From the NCBI RefSeq assembly GCF_009834535.1, contig NC_045696.1, forward strand, positions 79,548,001 to 79,612,000: a stretch of 64,000 nucleotides of DNA. Reading direction: 5' to 3'. Source of the stretch: Camelus ferus. Lineage: Eukaryota. Shown here piece after piece: positions 47,686-61,328 of this stretch (position 1 is its first letter; each line of letters starts with the position of its first letter). Position numbers and translations under genes: made by a program. The notes under the pieces are model-generated. The model saw nothing but the letters and a program-made list of their open reading frames with translations. It did not search any database and was not told the DNA's origin.

Positions 47686-50600
47686 GGCTGCGATCCAGAG
47701 TTGTCTCCAACAACTGCTCTCTCAACAGAATTCCTACCCACAGACAGCCAATGCTTGAAATCTAGGCTCCTAGGTCAGGCCCCACAGTGTTAAGCCACAG
47801 TGATGAGTCTAAAGCAACCTGCAATCTGCGGGCTCGCCGGTGTTGATCTCGCTCTCCTTTCTCTCCAAGAGGTAGCACATCCTCCTTGATATGTTTCTCT
47901 AAAGCACAGCATAGATAGCTTCCACCACCAGCCCGAATGTGAATGCATTATCACTCTGTACACTGAGGAAACAAGTGACCATATGTAGCCTATGCCAGCG
48001 GAGCTGTAACTGTGAAGAACAATGGCTCTGAGTCAACAACAGAATTAAACTACTCCCTCTTGTGAAGCTCTTCTGAATATTTTAAGTGTTGCCTTGAAAG
48101 TGTGGGATTATGTGCAAGCATAAACATTAGCTTAATGCAATTTTTTGGTACAGAATATGCCAGAGTTTAAAAATCAGAACTGAAACGCAGAAAATAACTT
48201 TGGGATAAATTTAATTTTTTTTCATGTGTGATTAAAACATGATTGAAGAGGCATACTTTATGTATAATTAAAGTTGCTTTGTAATTAAGAGATTTAAGCA
48301 TGTATAGAAAATGATATAGCTTAGTTTGGAGATCTTACAAAGGCGCCTATTAAACACTCACTCCCTAGCAAGCCTATGACTCAAATGTTTTCACATTCTA
48401 ATGCTGATAGAGTCCCTGAATTCTTTTAAAGCTGCCAATTTCACCAATTCTAAATGGCTTATCCTTTCTTCCATGTGCTTGTAAAATAAAAACAGCCCTA
48501 TCTTCCTTGCCTTAGCCAAAACAATGATGTAGAACACTCTGCAGTTTCATTTCAAAGGCTCCGGGGCAAAAAGAAAGACCCCCAAGGTCTCTGAGACAGG
48601 ATCTGACTTCTCTTTGCCTTCTTCACTGTGCCCAGCATTGCACCTGACCTACTACATAAAAAAAAAAGTGTGACAAAATGGCTATTATTGAGTCAGCAGA
48701 GAATGTGGTTGTGTGTACTTGTAGAGGGTTATCATGGTAATAAGAACACTTTGGGACTTTTTTTTTTTTAATGTACCAGTCAAATGTGCTATATAATTTC
48801 ATTTAATCCCACAACAGCCATATGAATTTGACAATATCAACCCTTCTGGACATACACATTAAATCAAAGAAAGGTTGAAGACAACACAGAATCACACATT
48901 TTAGTACAATCTTAGCAACAGAATCACCTTTGTGGCTAAAGAGTGAGGCAGAATAAGTTTATTTTCCTCAGTCTTGTCCATTTTTTCAGCCTCCTTCCCA
49001 TGCCCCAGCTCCTCAACACCCCCACCCTCTCGAAGTATTGCCTCTTGGCCTCTCTCGAGCGCCCTAAATCATTCTCCTGGTAAGCACCTGGCAGGAACAC
49101 AGTGGCTTCATCTCACTGGCCATGGTCTTGGTTTAAACTGATCTTCCTGGGCTTCCTCATCAATATCTGTCTATTTTTTATTTTCTCCATTTTAGCCAGT
49201 ATCACATACGGCAGCGGGTAAGGGGAATTCAGGCAAACATATCTGTACTAGTTCATAGTTAGGAGGTTTTGCAACAGTCCCATGGTACAATGGAAAACTT
49301 TAATTTGGGTTTTGGTTTTAGATACAGACAGGGAACCATGGAAGAGGTCACAGGGGTCAGGAGCCATGGGTCATGGGTATGGTGAGGGAGAAATAACCTT
49401 CCTGAGGAGAAGAAAAACATATATAGACAGACAGATGGATGCTGGATTAATTTCTTGTTAAAATACACAATTAATTTTGTGTTAATCCAGCAATCCTGGA
49501 GGCCAGGAACACATTTCCTAGTGTCTCCCTTCTTTCTCATCAAACGATTATATGGAATATGAATAATCTTTCTAAGAAAAGTACTTGTTTCTTATACTTT
49601 CTGATATCAGGCATTCATCTACAATTTTCAATTAAATCAGACAGGCAGATAGGGAGATAAGAGACACACATACATATTACAGTTTTGCAAGCTTGGGTGG
49701 AGCAGGAGATTTAAAGGATAATGCAAACTTAAAGACGCTCTTTATAGTTCTCTACATCTCCCTGATACAGATATCCTTCATTCCAGTGACTGGGCCTTCT
49801 TTCTGCCCTACACCAGCATCACTTCACTCTCTTGTTCTTTACAGGTTTGCATGCTACAGACAGAACCCCATGAGGAGAGACAGTTCTGTGAAGCCTCATG
49901 CTTCTTTGGAGTTGTAGAGAAGACTGGTAAGGGAATGACATTCTGAGCTGAATACCAGGACTATTCCCAGTGTGTTTCAGACTGGCAGAGTCGTAATGCA
50001 CTGATTCGTGAGAAATTATGACCATGTTTATGGAGTTCTACAGAAAACATGCTCACGCTCTTCTGACTGATTCCTTCCCTGTTCCCTGGGTGCTGGTTAT
50101 TCTAACCACCGGTTCCCCAAATGAGCTGCTGTTTTTACAGAGTGGATTCCAGGAAAGTCAGGAGGGACATGTTGATTTCATGTGCAATTTAGTGGAAACA
50201 TAGGAATATTTCTCACTTGAAATTGCACCTCTTAGACCTTAGAAATGTTACAATTTTTTAAGTGATGATGAAGATGACTGCTAGGTGTTAAAAGACAGAT
50301 TACTACCAACTAGAGACTCTCTCCCTTAGACAAACGGGACATTTTCAGTAAGTGTCCCGTAATCAGCAGAGCTGAAAGGACTGACTGGAGTATTATACTG
50401 AAAGGAAGCATGGGAAAGAAGGTACTTTTGGGGAGGCAAAGTGTTTCTAGTACTTCCTGGGGAGAGGTACCCAGGTTAGAAACCAACATCTGGGCAGGCT
50501 ATGATAAGAATCTCATTTGATGACATACAATCAAATGATTTCAAATTTATTTGGTATCAATCAGTTATATGCATTACCATGTGCTCAGAAAATTGTATTT

Positions 50601-52959
50601 CCATTTTAAATAACTGAATTTGTTTTCTGGTAGAAATGAGTAATTATTGGTAGTACCTGGTAGTAATAAGAAATTATTCTTCTGAGTAATATGAAACAGT
50701 TTTTCCCACGGACCTGTTTATCTCCGGATAAATATATAATTGGCATTTCTGATCTGCAGTGATCCTAAGCCAAACTACTGTACATAGAATGAGACGTATT
50801 TTTTCAATGAGTATCTTTTTTTTCTTTCCCACAATATTTCTCAGTGTGGGTTGGTGTTTTTTTGGTTTTGCTTTTGCCTTTTTTCTTTTGAAAAAGTCTA
50901 GATTGAACAGTTCCCTCTGTAATATGTCCTAGTCTTAATTTGTATTGCTTTTGTTCAAGCAATGCTTTCCTCCCTCTTCTCTGTTTATTCATACCCCCAA
51001 TCTCCTTCAAGTAACACTTTCTTCACTGAACCTTCCTAAAGCTCTCTTCCTTCTATCTTCTGGCAATTATTGCCTGTACTTCTAAAATAATAATTCTTTA
51101 ATCACAGATATACATCATACATGATGCTGGCATATGTATTACATATATATATGTACGTAATGTAATACATGTATACTGCCCTGTATGTAAAACTGATGCA
51201 TGAAAGTGTCACATGTGGATTGAGATGTTCCAGCCCAACCTCTATCATTGTATATATTGAACAAGCCATTTCTTACCTCAGCCTCAGTTTTGTCACTTGA
51301 AATCTGAGGAGGCTGGCCTATAACTGTCTGAAAAACCCATTATGGCCCTCAGCTGGAAATACCATTGGATACTTATTGAAAGCTTTAAAAATGAATTATT
51401 ATTTTTTATAGATCATCTGGAGTCAAAAACTATGCTGTTTCTCCCTTTTAGTCATTAAAAAGGTGACTGTAATGTAAATATAATCTCAACACCCTATTTT
51501 ATGATCTAAGACTCTGAGCCAGTAAATAATACTCTCCACCTTCAATACTGGCATCTCGAATTTTTTTCTTATGGACAAAGGGACCTAAGTAGAGGATTAA
51601 AATAATTTAGTTAATTATTCAATAAAAATCTACTAACCTGCAGCAATATTATATCTCTATCTTACATATTTCCATACTCTAATTGTATTAAAAGAGGATA
51701 TCTAGCCAAAAAAACTAATAAAGAAAGGTTTCCTCATGCTGTATAAATCTACCCACTTTTACAGCAAAATCAGTAGGTAAGAGGTAGCATCATGTTTTCT
51801 GTGTGGTGACCACAGCACCAATGAGAGAAAGGAGAGGGCGCACCTCTGTAGAGCTTGTTATTCATCAGAAAGTAAGTGCCCAGCTTTCTGGACACTAGAG
51901 AGCAGTGGCAATTTTCAAATACAATACAGAGAGGAAACACTGTTGTCTGTGGAATTGCACAGTAAGAACTGTCAAGATACATCCACAAATAGTAGTATCT
52001 AAGTGATCCAACCTGAGACTCCTCTTCTTCCTATTCTCATCTCTTTTCAAATGAGTGGTATATGGTTGAGGAGTGATAAAAAAAAAAAAAGGAAAAAGAA
52101 AGAAAGAAAGAAAGAAACTTCATTTTTACCTGCCAATTTTCTCTTACTTTTTACTGATGACTCTTGTTTTAAGTAGAACATTTATATATGGTGATAGTTA
52201 ATTCCTCATGGAAGTTTTCTTTGTTCTTGATGGAAAACGCACTTTCTCCTTGCCTCTTCCCACTTCTACATCCTTTATTTGGCTTTAATTTATTCGGTAA
52301 TCTTTCCATTCCAGTATGTTTGAGGAGAAGGGTCCTCAATCCTAACTCTATTCTTTTGAATCTCTGCATTGCTCACAACTGTTTTAAAGAACCAATAAGA
52401 TTATGTATTTGTAAACCTCCCAAAACCTATAAAATCTTAAAGCTATATAATACATATTATATATCTTAAAGTTTACCAGTTTAGAGTAACATATCTCTAT
52501 CACTATGTATCTGTATAATATCAGCTTATATTTTGAACATTCTTTATTATTATCTTTACCCAAAACAGTTCTGAGAGCCAAAAGACACATTTAATTTCAA
52601 TTTGTCCAGCTATACATTTTAAACACTGAAATCAAGACCCAGAGAGATGAAGTGAATTACAGGAAGTGACACAGATAATGATTAGAAGTCTGCTCACAAA
52701 CATAGGTCTCTTGATTCCTACTCTTGTGCTTTTTTCATCCTATCATTACCCATCTAGAAGACTAGCAACATTTTATTTATTGCAAACTGAGAGAGTAAGT
52801 AGAGAATTAAAAAAGGGTAGAATCAGATTCTAATGATACTCTCTAAGAAATATGTAGTATTCTCTCTTATCCCAAAGCTTAGAGATTAAATAGTTTGGCT
52901 AATTGATTACCATTATTTCATTAGCTTCTTTAAAAATGAGGACCTATGTATCATTATAG

Positions 52960-53648
52960 TTGCCATATTTCATTGACTCTGATACATTTTTTCCCAACCT
53001 ATAACATCTATGAAATCAGGATGCATTTTACAATTCCTTATAGCCAAGCAGAAGCGGAGGCATGGTTGCTATTGACTTTGTGAAAATTGGTTGTATTTCT
53101 CTCGCCATGACCAGACAACCACCACTCCTGACATTTCAGGGCAATTTAAGGAAGGAAGAATATAAGATCTTGTTGGTGTCTGAAAATCTTCCATTGTCAC
53201 ATTCTAGTAAGATCAACAAAACACCAGCATCCAACCTTTCAGAAGATATCAATTGCTTAGAACGAAATTCTAAAGACAATCATGAAGTACTCTTAAGAAA
53301 GGTACATCACCAACACACACAGACTGTTGTCAGGAAAAACATGGATATGATTATGGATCTGAATAAAAAAAAATGATTCAAAAGAGTGAAAATCTGAATA
53401 GAACAAATTTTTTTGAATTCTTAAACCAATGTGTTTATTAATGCTGTACTTTTTATACATGCACAAGATTAACGTATTAAAAAAATCTACATCTACTTAA
53501 GTCTAAATTGTTCTTTATTAAAGTATAAAGTGCTAAGTGGTTGAAAAGCATCACTTAACAATTTAATTGGGGTGTTCCCTTTCTCTAAGGCATACGAAAA
53601 ATAACGATGTGCCCCATAATCAGTGGTTCCTTAGTTTAAATGAAATAC
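52960..53648 (+). mobile_element. TcMar-Tigger DNA transposon remnant (Tigger13a-like)
   Basis: 'atattttcattgactct...tgaaatcaggatgcatttacaat' at the start, 'cttagtttaaatgaaatac' at the end, and a transposase-like middle. Confidence 0.6.
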
Positions 53649-55049
53649 TTTAAAATATTTAATATAATTAAACTTTGTATCCCCTAAGAGAAGCTTCAGG
53701 AACTTGTAGTACCTTAGGGTCAATATTGTGAACAATAATTATTTCACAGTGGATATGCTGAAGTACAAGATACTGCCAGGCCCAGTGGAGATGAGGTCAG
53801 GTAGATGCCTAGAACACATACTGCCCTGGTGGTCTTTACTTGATACAAACGTGCTCACTACAATGTGGACTATTTAAAACCCAATTTCACTATGTTTCCA
53901 CTTTCAAATATGCCTTCTTAAAACAAAAAGGAGATGCATCTGTTTCTGACTCCAAACACAGAGGGAGTTACTAATTATTGTTTCAAGTTTGATTCAAACA
54001 TCAGTTCCCCTGGAGGCAAGGAGCCCAGGCCAGGGGAGGCTGCTGTGGTGCAAACTGCTTCAGGCTTGGAGCCTGAAAATAGAGCACTGGCGACGGGGAG
54101 ACGAGACTCAACAGACATCTTGAAATGCTGGAGCTAAACCGAGAAGGCTGCCAATGTCCATCAGACAATCTGCTTTGAAACAAAGAGAGAAATCAAATCC
54201 ATTCTTTTCGAGTTCAAGGTTCTTTTACATTATGACTTTGGTGTTAATGCTTAATTGCCCCTTTAAATCGGGAAGAAACTTACAGGGTAGAAGTGTGGTT
54301 ATTGAAATTCAAAGGATAGAGAGTAAAAAAGTTGAAAAACAACTGTTATCTGATCATAGAGCAAAATATACATAACGACTTCAGCTATACTTTCTCCACC
54401 TGCCCTGACTTAGTTTCCCACCTGTCTGCAAACTACGACGTGTATCTCCAACAAAATGATTCAGGCATCACTGGCACCTCTTTTCTCTGAAATCCTACTG
54501 CACATGTTGATGGGAGCATAATTCAGAGTTTATTTCACACAATACTATCTAATTCTTCAACATATATTTATCCAAGAAAAAAAAATTTATTGAGTGATAT
54601 ATGACAGTATTCAGTTTTTGTACAGGTATGTATACATGTACATATATATTCTTCCTCCTTCCAAAAATAATTTGAAGTAGCTTATGCTAAAAAGCTCAAA
54701 TACAATCAAATCTTGAAGTAGAGTTTAAGTTTAAAAATGGGTTCAAATAATGAGGCAAAGTAAAAGGAGATGAGTAAGGACCCCTTTTCAACTGAACACA
54801 AAACTGGCCTTGAGCTTCCATAATATCAGACCAAAAAAGAAAAGAAAAGAAAAAGAAAAGAAAGCTTTCCTTGTTTAAAAAAAAAAAAAAACCTCAGAAA
54901 CATCATGAAAGCAATTATTCTACATCAGAAGCACACAGCCTGACATGTATACAGTTTATATCCACAGATCCTAAGACCATTTGATTCTTGTGTGTGTTTC
55001 TATGTGCATTTACTTCTAATGCAGACATTCCATATGATAAGAACTTTGA

Positions 55050-55648
55050 GGTGGAAATGGCATGATGTCTATGGCACACTCTATTAGGTACCCTAGGTTA
55101 CAGCTACTGCCTCCTTCCTGTCAGTTAACAAGAGCTCTGATTTGGTTTAAGTGTGACACTGCATGTCCACAGGGAAAGCAGACCTCTCCCCCAGCCCCAG
55201 GGGAAGGACCATGATTGATCAAAACCAGTCATGCAATGTATTATCTCTTTGCAAGTGATTAGTTTAGGAGTGGAATGTGTCATAGTTTTAGTCAACCAGG
55301 CATAAAGGGAAGTCTGCTGATAGCATCTGCGGAAAAAATGTCCTTTTTTATTAAAAGAGACATTTCCATGAGAAGACTTCCTCTCTTCTTTTTGCTTTGG
55401 GTGGAACTGTCTGAAGGGGTGGTGTTTAGCTCTGTGGTAAGTCATGTTGTTTATCTTGTTTCCAAAATGAAGAGCCAAGAGGATTACAGCAAAGCAGTCC
55501 CAGATCCCTGACATCCCTGAACTGCTGAGTTAGCCAACTGTGGACCAGTAGACCTTCAGAATCTTTGTTCTGAGAGATAATGGAAGTCTTTAATATTTAG
55601 ATTGTTAATTGGTTTTTCTGTTGCTTGCACACAAAGGTTTCACAACAG
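55050..55648 (+). mobile_element. Old MaLR LTR (MLT1K-like)
   Basis: 'ccccagccccaggg...catgattgatc', 'aagggaagtctgctg' and the end 'ttttctgttgcttgca...aaagg'. Confidence 0.75.
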
Positions 55649-56329
55649 ACACCATATTTCATATTTCTATATTCAACACAGACCTGAGCAAAAATTGGCA
55701 CTCAACAAACGCATAGAAAAAATTGTAATCAATCAGATAAGATCATTGGTCATCACAGCAATATTGATGTATCTCTGTAAGGCAGAATTCTTCCTTAAGA
55801 TGGTGTCCAATAGTACTTTTATTTTTACCATGCTGAGGTAAACCTAACTGAAAGCTACTATAATCCATGCTAACACACCTGCACAAGAAACCATTATTTT
55901 ACCAAATGCCATCATGGGCATGTGCTTTCTTTATATAAGCATTAGGAAGGAGTATTAAAACAAAAGATCTGCATCTTTATTTCCTTTGACAACAGTTCTC
56001 ACATGACTGACCACTACCTAATTTATAAGTATGAATAGAAAACTTTATTGCTTTATTCAATAGACTGGAGGAGATGGGGTGCTCTCTGACCGAAAAAAAA
56101 AAAAAGATGAGCAAGATGCCTTCATTCTGCCCAGTTATCTTCCAAGTAAACTATCATCCAGAGAAAAAATAAAATCACAGTATTATCATAGTTATTTTAT
56201 CAATATTCAGCATGTGAAAAAAATACATCTACCCTCGACATAGCTATTCACTTTTTCTTTACTTTTTCTCCTTTCTGAAGTATTTGGGTAAATTTTACAC
56301 ATCTATTTATTCTGTAAAAGTGGCAAACA

Positions 56330-57212
56330 CTTTTAGTTTCCAAGCCCAAATCCATTTACCCATCTTTTTCACAGATTTCTGATTTTCTCCAAGGTAGCGG
56401 TATGCCACACGAAAAACACATTTTCCAACCTCTCAGATACATAGAAGTGGCGAATTGACACAATTCTATCAAGTATGGAAGTCTACGGGGAGAATGTCCA
56501 CATCACAAAAAAAAAAAAAAAAAAAAAAAAAAAGACAAAATGCTCAAGGAGAAGGCTTATCTGGCCCTTTCCTCTCCTTCCTTTTCTTTTTCTTAATCTC
56601 ATAAAGAGCCCTCTCCTGTTTATTCAGCAAAAACCAAACAGATCCTCACCACCACTGCAAAGCAAAAGGGAAGGAGGAAACAGGGAATTTCCTTCCTTCA
56701 GACTCTAGAGTAATCATTCTCATGTTCTCAGCCCAAGATGATTTTACCTCTAAGGGACTATTTGGCAACGTCTGGAGATAGTCTTGGTTGTCATAGCTGT
56801 GTGGGTGAGTGGGTGGGGTGTGCTACTGCCATCTAGTGAGAAGAGGCCAGGGACGTTGCTGAACATCCTACGATGTACAAGATACTCCCCTCACAACAAA
56901 GACAAAGCCTTATGAGCCCCAAATGACAGCAGTGCCAAAGGTGAGAAATCCTGAGCGAGAGTACCCTTTGTTCTCTTTTTCTGCCCCCTCCTTTGGGCCT
57001 AGAAAGCAGGCAAGATGGCAGAAGCAGAGCAGTGGTCTTACGACCACAAGAAGGAAAGCACCAAGATGACAGACGAAGCCTGATCCCTTGTTTAAATGTT
57101 TAAGTAACTGTCTTCTCCTGATTTTCTTATTATGTGAGATAATCCACTCTTTTGCTTATTCAGCTGTGAGCCAGGTTTTCTGTTGCCTCATAGCCAAAAG
57201 TATTTCTAAATA
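56330..57212 (+). mobile_element. Old MaLR LTR interrupted by poly-A and MER20
   Basis: 'cacattttccaacctctc...gacacaattct' and the end 'gtgagccaggttttctgttgcctcatagccaaaagtatttctaa'. Confidence 0.55.
56712..56953 (+). mobile_element. MER20 hAT MITE
   Basis: 'atttggcaacgtctggaga...ttggttgtca...tgctactgccatctagtg...gaggccaggga...aacatcctac...cagtgccaaaggtgagaaatcctg'. Confidence 0.9.
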
Positions 57213-57214
57213 TA

Positions 57215-57800
57215 CATTTATTATTCACTTGTCTATTTTATGTTCAGGCATGGGGCTAAGCATTCTGAATGAAATGATAAATTAGGTATGGTTTTTGACC
57301 TCTGGGACCTTACTCTCCAGCAAGGGAGCCAACCATCAGCAAGTGTGAAAGGTGGACTACTCCTAGTATGAATGACATGCGTGGGAGCTCAAAGTACGGA
57401 TACAGGAAGGAAGCAGGGTGATGGAGGAAAGACCACTCCAAGGAAACAACAGGTTTTCCCATCCTATAGTTGGGGGTATATGTGTTGGGAGGTTGGGGGA
57501 GTTGGAAAGTAATCTATGAAGACTAGTATAAGCAAAGCACAGAAGCCTAAAATACAGTGCAGTATTAAGGAAAATGATAAGGAAAAGTCTCGTGAATGGA
57601 ATGAAGAGTAAACTGAGGAGGAGTTCCAGGTGGAAGGCGTTTTAATCTAAAAATGTAAGTTGGGGAGTAAATTGTAAAAAGAGTTGGAAGTCCTCAGAGT
57701 TCTGGACATTAGCATCCAAGCTGTAAGGAGCCGTTGACCATGATTAACAAGAGATCTGCAAGACCAGACCTCTGTTTCAGAAAAAAATAAGAAGTTTGGT
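57215..57800 (-). mobile_element. L2 fragment
   Basis: 'catttattattcacttgtct...ggggctaagcattc' and downstream reverse-L2 motifs. Confidence 0.55.
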
Positions 57801-59499
57801 AACTGGACTTGCGTGAGTCCATTTACAAATAAACTATAACTGAGGAATCATATCTTTCTATTTACAATCTAATCTAATAGGCTGGAAACAAACATCAAAC
57901 TTCACTTCAAAATACTTTAATAAGGTAAAAGTGTGCTGTTGAACTGTCACAGTTTCCAATGTTAACTGTTAATTCCAATTGTGTTTTACTTACAAAAACT
58001 ATGTTAGTATTTGTTAGATAATTCATAAAATAATTCCTTTGTGTAAAAATTAAAAAAAAATTCTAGAAATAAACCATTACTTCACTTTGCTAAAAAAAAA
58101 TATTAGAAATAGTTTATTTCAACACATGGAAACCCAGAGGTCTTTATCAATTATACCTACTATATCAATATTGCCCCTTAAAAAGTTGTCAATAACACTG
58201 AAGCTTAGATTATATCTGTATTCTCTAGTTATAGCTACTTAATTAGCCTATAAAAATTGTAGCTAATTTAAGGAAATCAGAAAGAAGATATAGATCCTGC
58301 CCCTGGATAACCATATGGAAATAATAAAAGTAGAATAAAATATGAGAATTTCAGGGTTGGAAGAGAATTTAGAGAATCAGGGAAGTCAGCCAACCATGCT
58401 AAGAATCATCAAGACTTCAAACACTACCTACAGCAAAAGGAGTTCTCAGCCTACCTTCTGTGAGTCTATATTCCACCTTCAACTTCAAAACAATTCAGAC
58501 ATTTATATTTGAAAACATTTTATGCCTAAATATAAAAAGAAAATTTCACAAAATTAACCCCCACTTAGGGAATGAAAGAAAAGACTGACAGAAAGTACCG
58601 TGGGGTGGAAGGAGGGAGACTATGGAAAGGAGAGTTGCTTAAGAGGGCTTCTCTCAAGCCCACGCTGCAGGAACTCTGGCACCGTCAGCTGAAAGACTGA
58701 CTCCCTCAGTTTCTGCTTATGTTAAGAGGACTATAGAACCAGCAGGCTTACAGAAAACAGTTACTTTTTTTAATCAAACCAAGGCCTCAGTAATGATTAA
58801 CTTCCACTTTCCCTGTGAATCACTCAATCACTGGGCAGAGAAGGTAGACAGATTCATTCTCTGCCAAGGGCACAATAAACTTAATGTTTTTGTATTTAAC
58901 ATTTAATATTTTAAGTATGTGCATGGTGGCCCTTGCTTCTGAGCTCATTTCAAAGAGCTGGTGTTCTGCTAGTTTGCAATGGCTGATTGAAATGCCCAGA
59001 CATTTTTTACATTTTACACTCAAATACATGTACCCATACCTTCCTTTAGTAATGTTTTTATATCTTTGATCCTATTTATAATGAAGCATAATTAATTTTT
59101 GGGAAATGCATTATGACTGTAATTTTCATGTACAGCATGATAATTTACTTAAGCGAAAATAGTCTACTGTAGTTTCAATATAAGAAGAAGAAAAATGAGT
59201 ATATTAAGTACCCATAAAAAGGCAGAGGAATATACAGGGTTAGCTATCTGAGCTCATGCTTCCTAAGTCCTACGTGTATCACCATGGTCCTGGAAATGAA
59301 AAAAGAAATAGTATAGTATCTCTGTGGAGGCCAACTGCTAGTGATTCAGGGTAATCACAAATGAGTCAAATATTAGACACGTAATTTCCCTCATCTCTAT
59401 AACACTCCAACAACCTCTTCTGGAATAAACCATTTCTAATTTAAAATCTCAACACAGATAATTTTATATTCACTGCAGGCGGCTTTTCATTGCTACTCA

Positions 59500-60620
59500 C
59501 AAAGCATTGCGCTGGACCGTAAGGAGCCAACGGAGACGTCTGAAATGTTTGGACTAGCTTCTCTGCCCAAGGGAGTTGACTGCCCCATGATGCATAATCT
59601 ATTAGCTGCTCATCGCGAGGGATCTACAGAGGGACATCTCGAGTCGAACCACGCAGACCTGAAAACCACTCCGCTGGAAATGTTGTGGGAAAGAGCAACT
59701 TTATTATCCCTGTCAAACTACGAGGCGGAACCAGTCCCAGAACTAGCCGGGGGGCCTGGGCAGAGCAGGAGGCTGAAGGCAGCTCCCCAGCGCTCCGCCC
59801 CGGCCTCAGGCAAGGGTTTCTCGTGGAGGCGGCATTGTTCCTCCATCTGCTCAGCCTCCGTATTTCGCCAGGAAACCCTCCCCGCGCTCTCGTAATCTTT
59901 TCCTTATGGCTTTGGTACCTCTCTGCCGACTTCTTGGCTCCGGCTCTCTGTGGTCCCTGGGCACCGCTCTAGGGTGAAAAGCTGCAGTGACTGGGGCGCC
60001 GCTCTAAGGCGTCGGAGGCGACTGCACTCGTCGGCCCGAGCCCGGGCGGCGTGCGCGCCTCACACTCGCTTTCTCCCTTCTCTCCCGGTCTCTCCGGCTC
60101 GGACAAGCTCTCCCGGCCTCTCAGCCCGACTCCGGCTCGCCTCCCCCCGCGGTCTCGCCTCACACCCGCGCTGCGCGCACGGCGTGGTCCGCCGGGTCGT
60201 CGGCGCGCAGACACGACGCCCACCGCCCGCAGACTCGGACTCGGGCCGGAAGGGTCACGGCGCCGTGGGAGGCGGGGAGGAGGGGCGAGGCGGGCCGCGG
60301 CGGGCCGCGGCAGGTGGGGAGCGCAGGGGGGAGCGGGAGGCGGCGGGAGGCGGCGGGAGGCGGGGGACCGGCGGGAGAGGGAGCCCAGGGAAAGGGAAGA
60401 TGCGTCTGCTCCGAAAGCGCCAATGAAGAGAGGACGGAGGGGGCAGGAGCGGAGAAGAGCCGAGAACACCCACCAGGAGGGGGTGGGCAAAACGGGCAAT
60501 TTACAAACTGCCAGGGCGAGAGCTGGGGAGCGGGGGCGGGAGGAGGCTGAGAGGAGAGAAGGGAAAATAAGGGCAAGTTCCCACCTCTCCCCAAAAGGTC
60601 GAGTCTGAAAACGCGTCCCC
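59500..60620. promoter_or_regulatory. CpG island, proximal lobe; candidate alternative first exon or promoter on the minus strand
   Basis: Very high GC and CpG density; GC boxes, ETS motif CCGGAAG (~60246-60252), G-run clusters at 60267-60397; possible minus-strand donor GAG|gtacca at 59919. Confidence 0.85.
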
Positions 60621-61328
60621 TGAACAGGGAGTTAAACAGGGTTTGGTCATGGTGTAAAGGGTGGATTTAAAAAGGAATTAAGTGTCGTGTAGTTTTTCCT
60701 AGACTAGGCTCAGTTTCATCTCGCTCAACTCTGGCAAATGACCCTCCAAGTAAATGAATTGGCAGTATGCAGAAACGGAAGCTGAATTTCCTCGACTGTG
60801 GAGTCCCCCTGAAGTATCGGCTGGTTTTTAAATGAAAATAACTGTTTAGGAGGTTCCATGAACCCCAGTGCTAAAGAAATCAACCAGTTCATTAAAGTTC
60901 ATTATTTTTTATTGCTTTTATTTTTGTCAAAGGATAGAGGTGAGGGGTTGGTACCAAGAAATGTTTAAAGCAGCCATCTAGGTAGCTTTCTTTTTCAAAA
61001 AAGACAAAATGGGCATCCTAAAATAGCTAGAAGGGTATTGGGAAACTCAGTTACTCGGCTGGATGGGGGGGGGGGGCAGAGTGAGTGAGTGAGAGAGAGA
61101 GAGACGGAGAAGCATTTAAACTCTAACAGACGATTACACCTCCAGCAACCCCCTCCCTCCGCCTCAACCCAACGGAATTGGAAAAGGGTTAAGCGTAAGG
61201 ATGAGAGAGCAGGGCAGGGTGGGTGGAAGGTGGGGAAGAAGAGGGAGAGGCAGGGAATAGGAAATTCTCGGCAATCCCCGGGATTAAGAAAAACGCCGGA
61301 GCTCGGCGGACGCAGGAAGCTCCCTTAC

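Noticed and set aside
50334..50360. Possible iron-responsive element (CAGT in loop)
   Set aside because: Lacks the CAGUGN hexaloop with a 5-bp upper stem and bulged C; also on the strand opposite the inferred gene.
51134..51170. 11-bp inverted arms atgtattacat / atgtaatacat
   Set aside because: Within a TA/CA low-complexity tract where self-complementarity is expected.
59950..60608. Long overlapping ORFs (144-185 aa) on both strands
   Set aside because: Arg/Gly/Pro/Ala-rich frames expected from stop-codon scarcity in a CpG island; no recognisable domain, and several lack a true ATG start.
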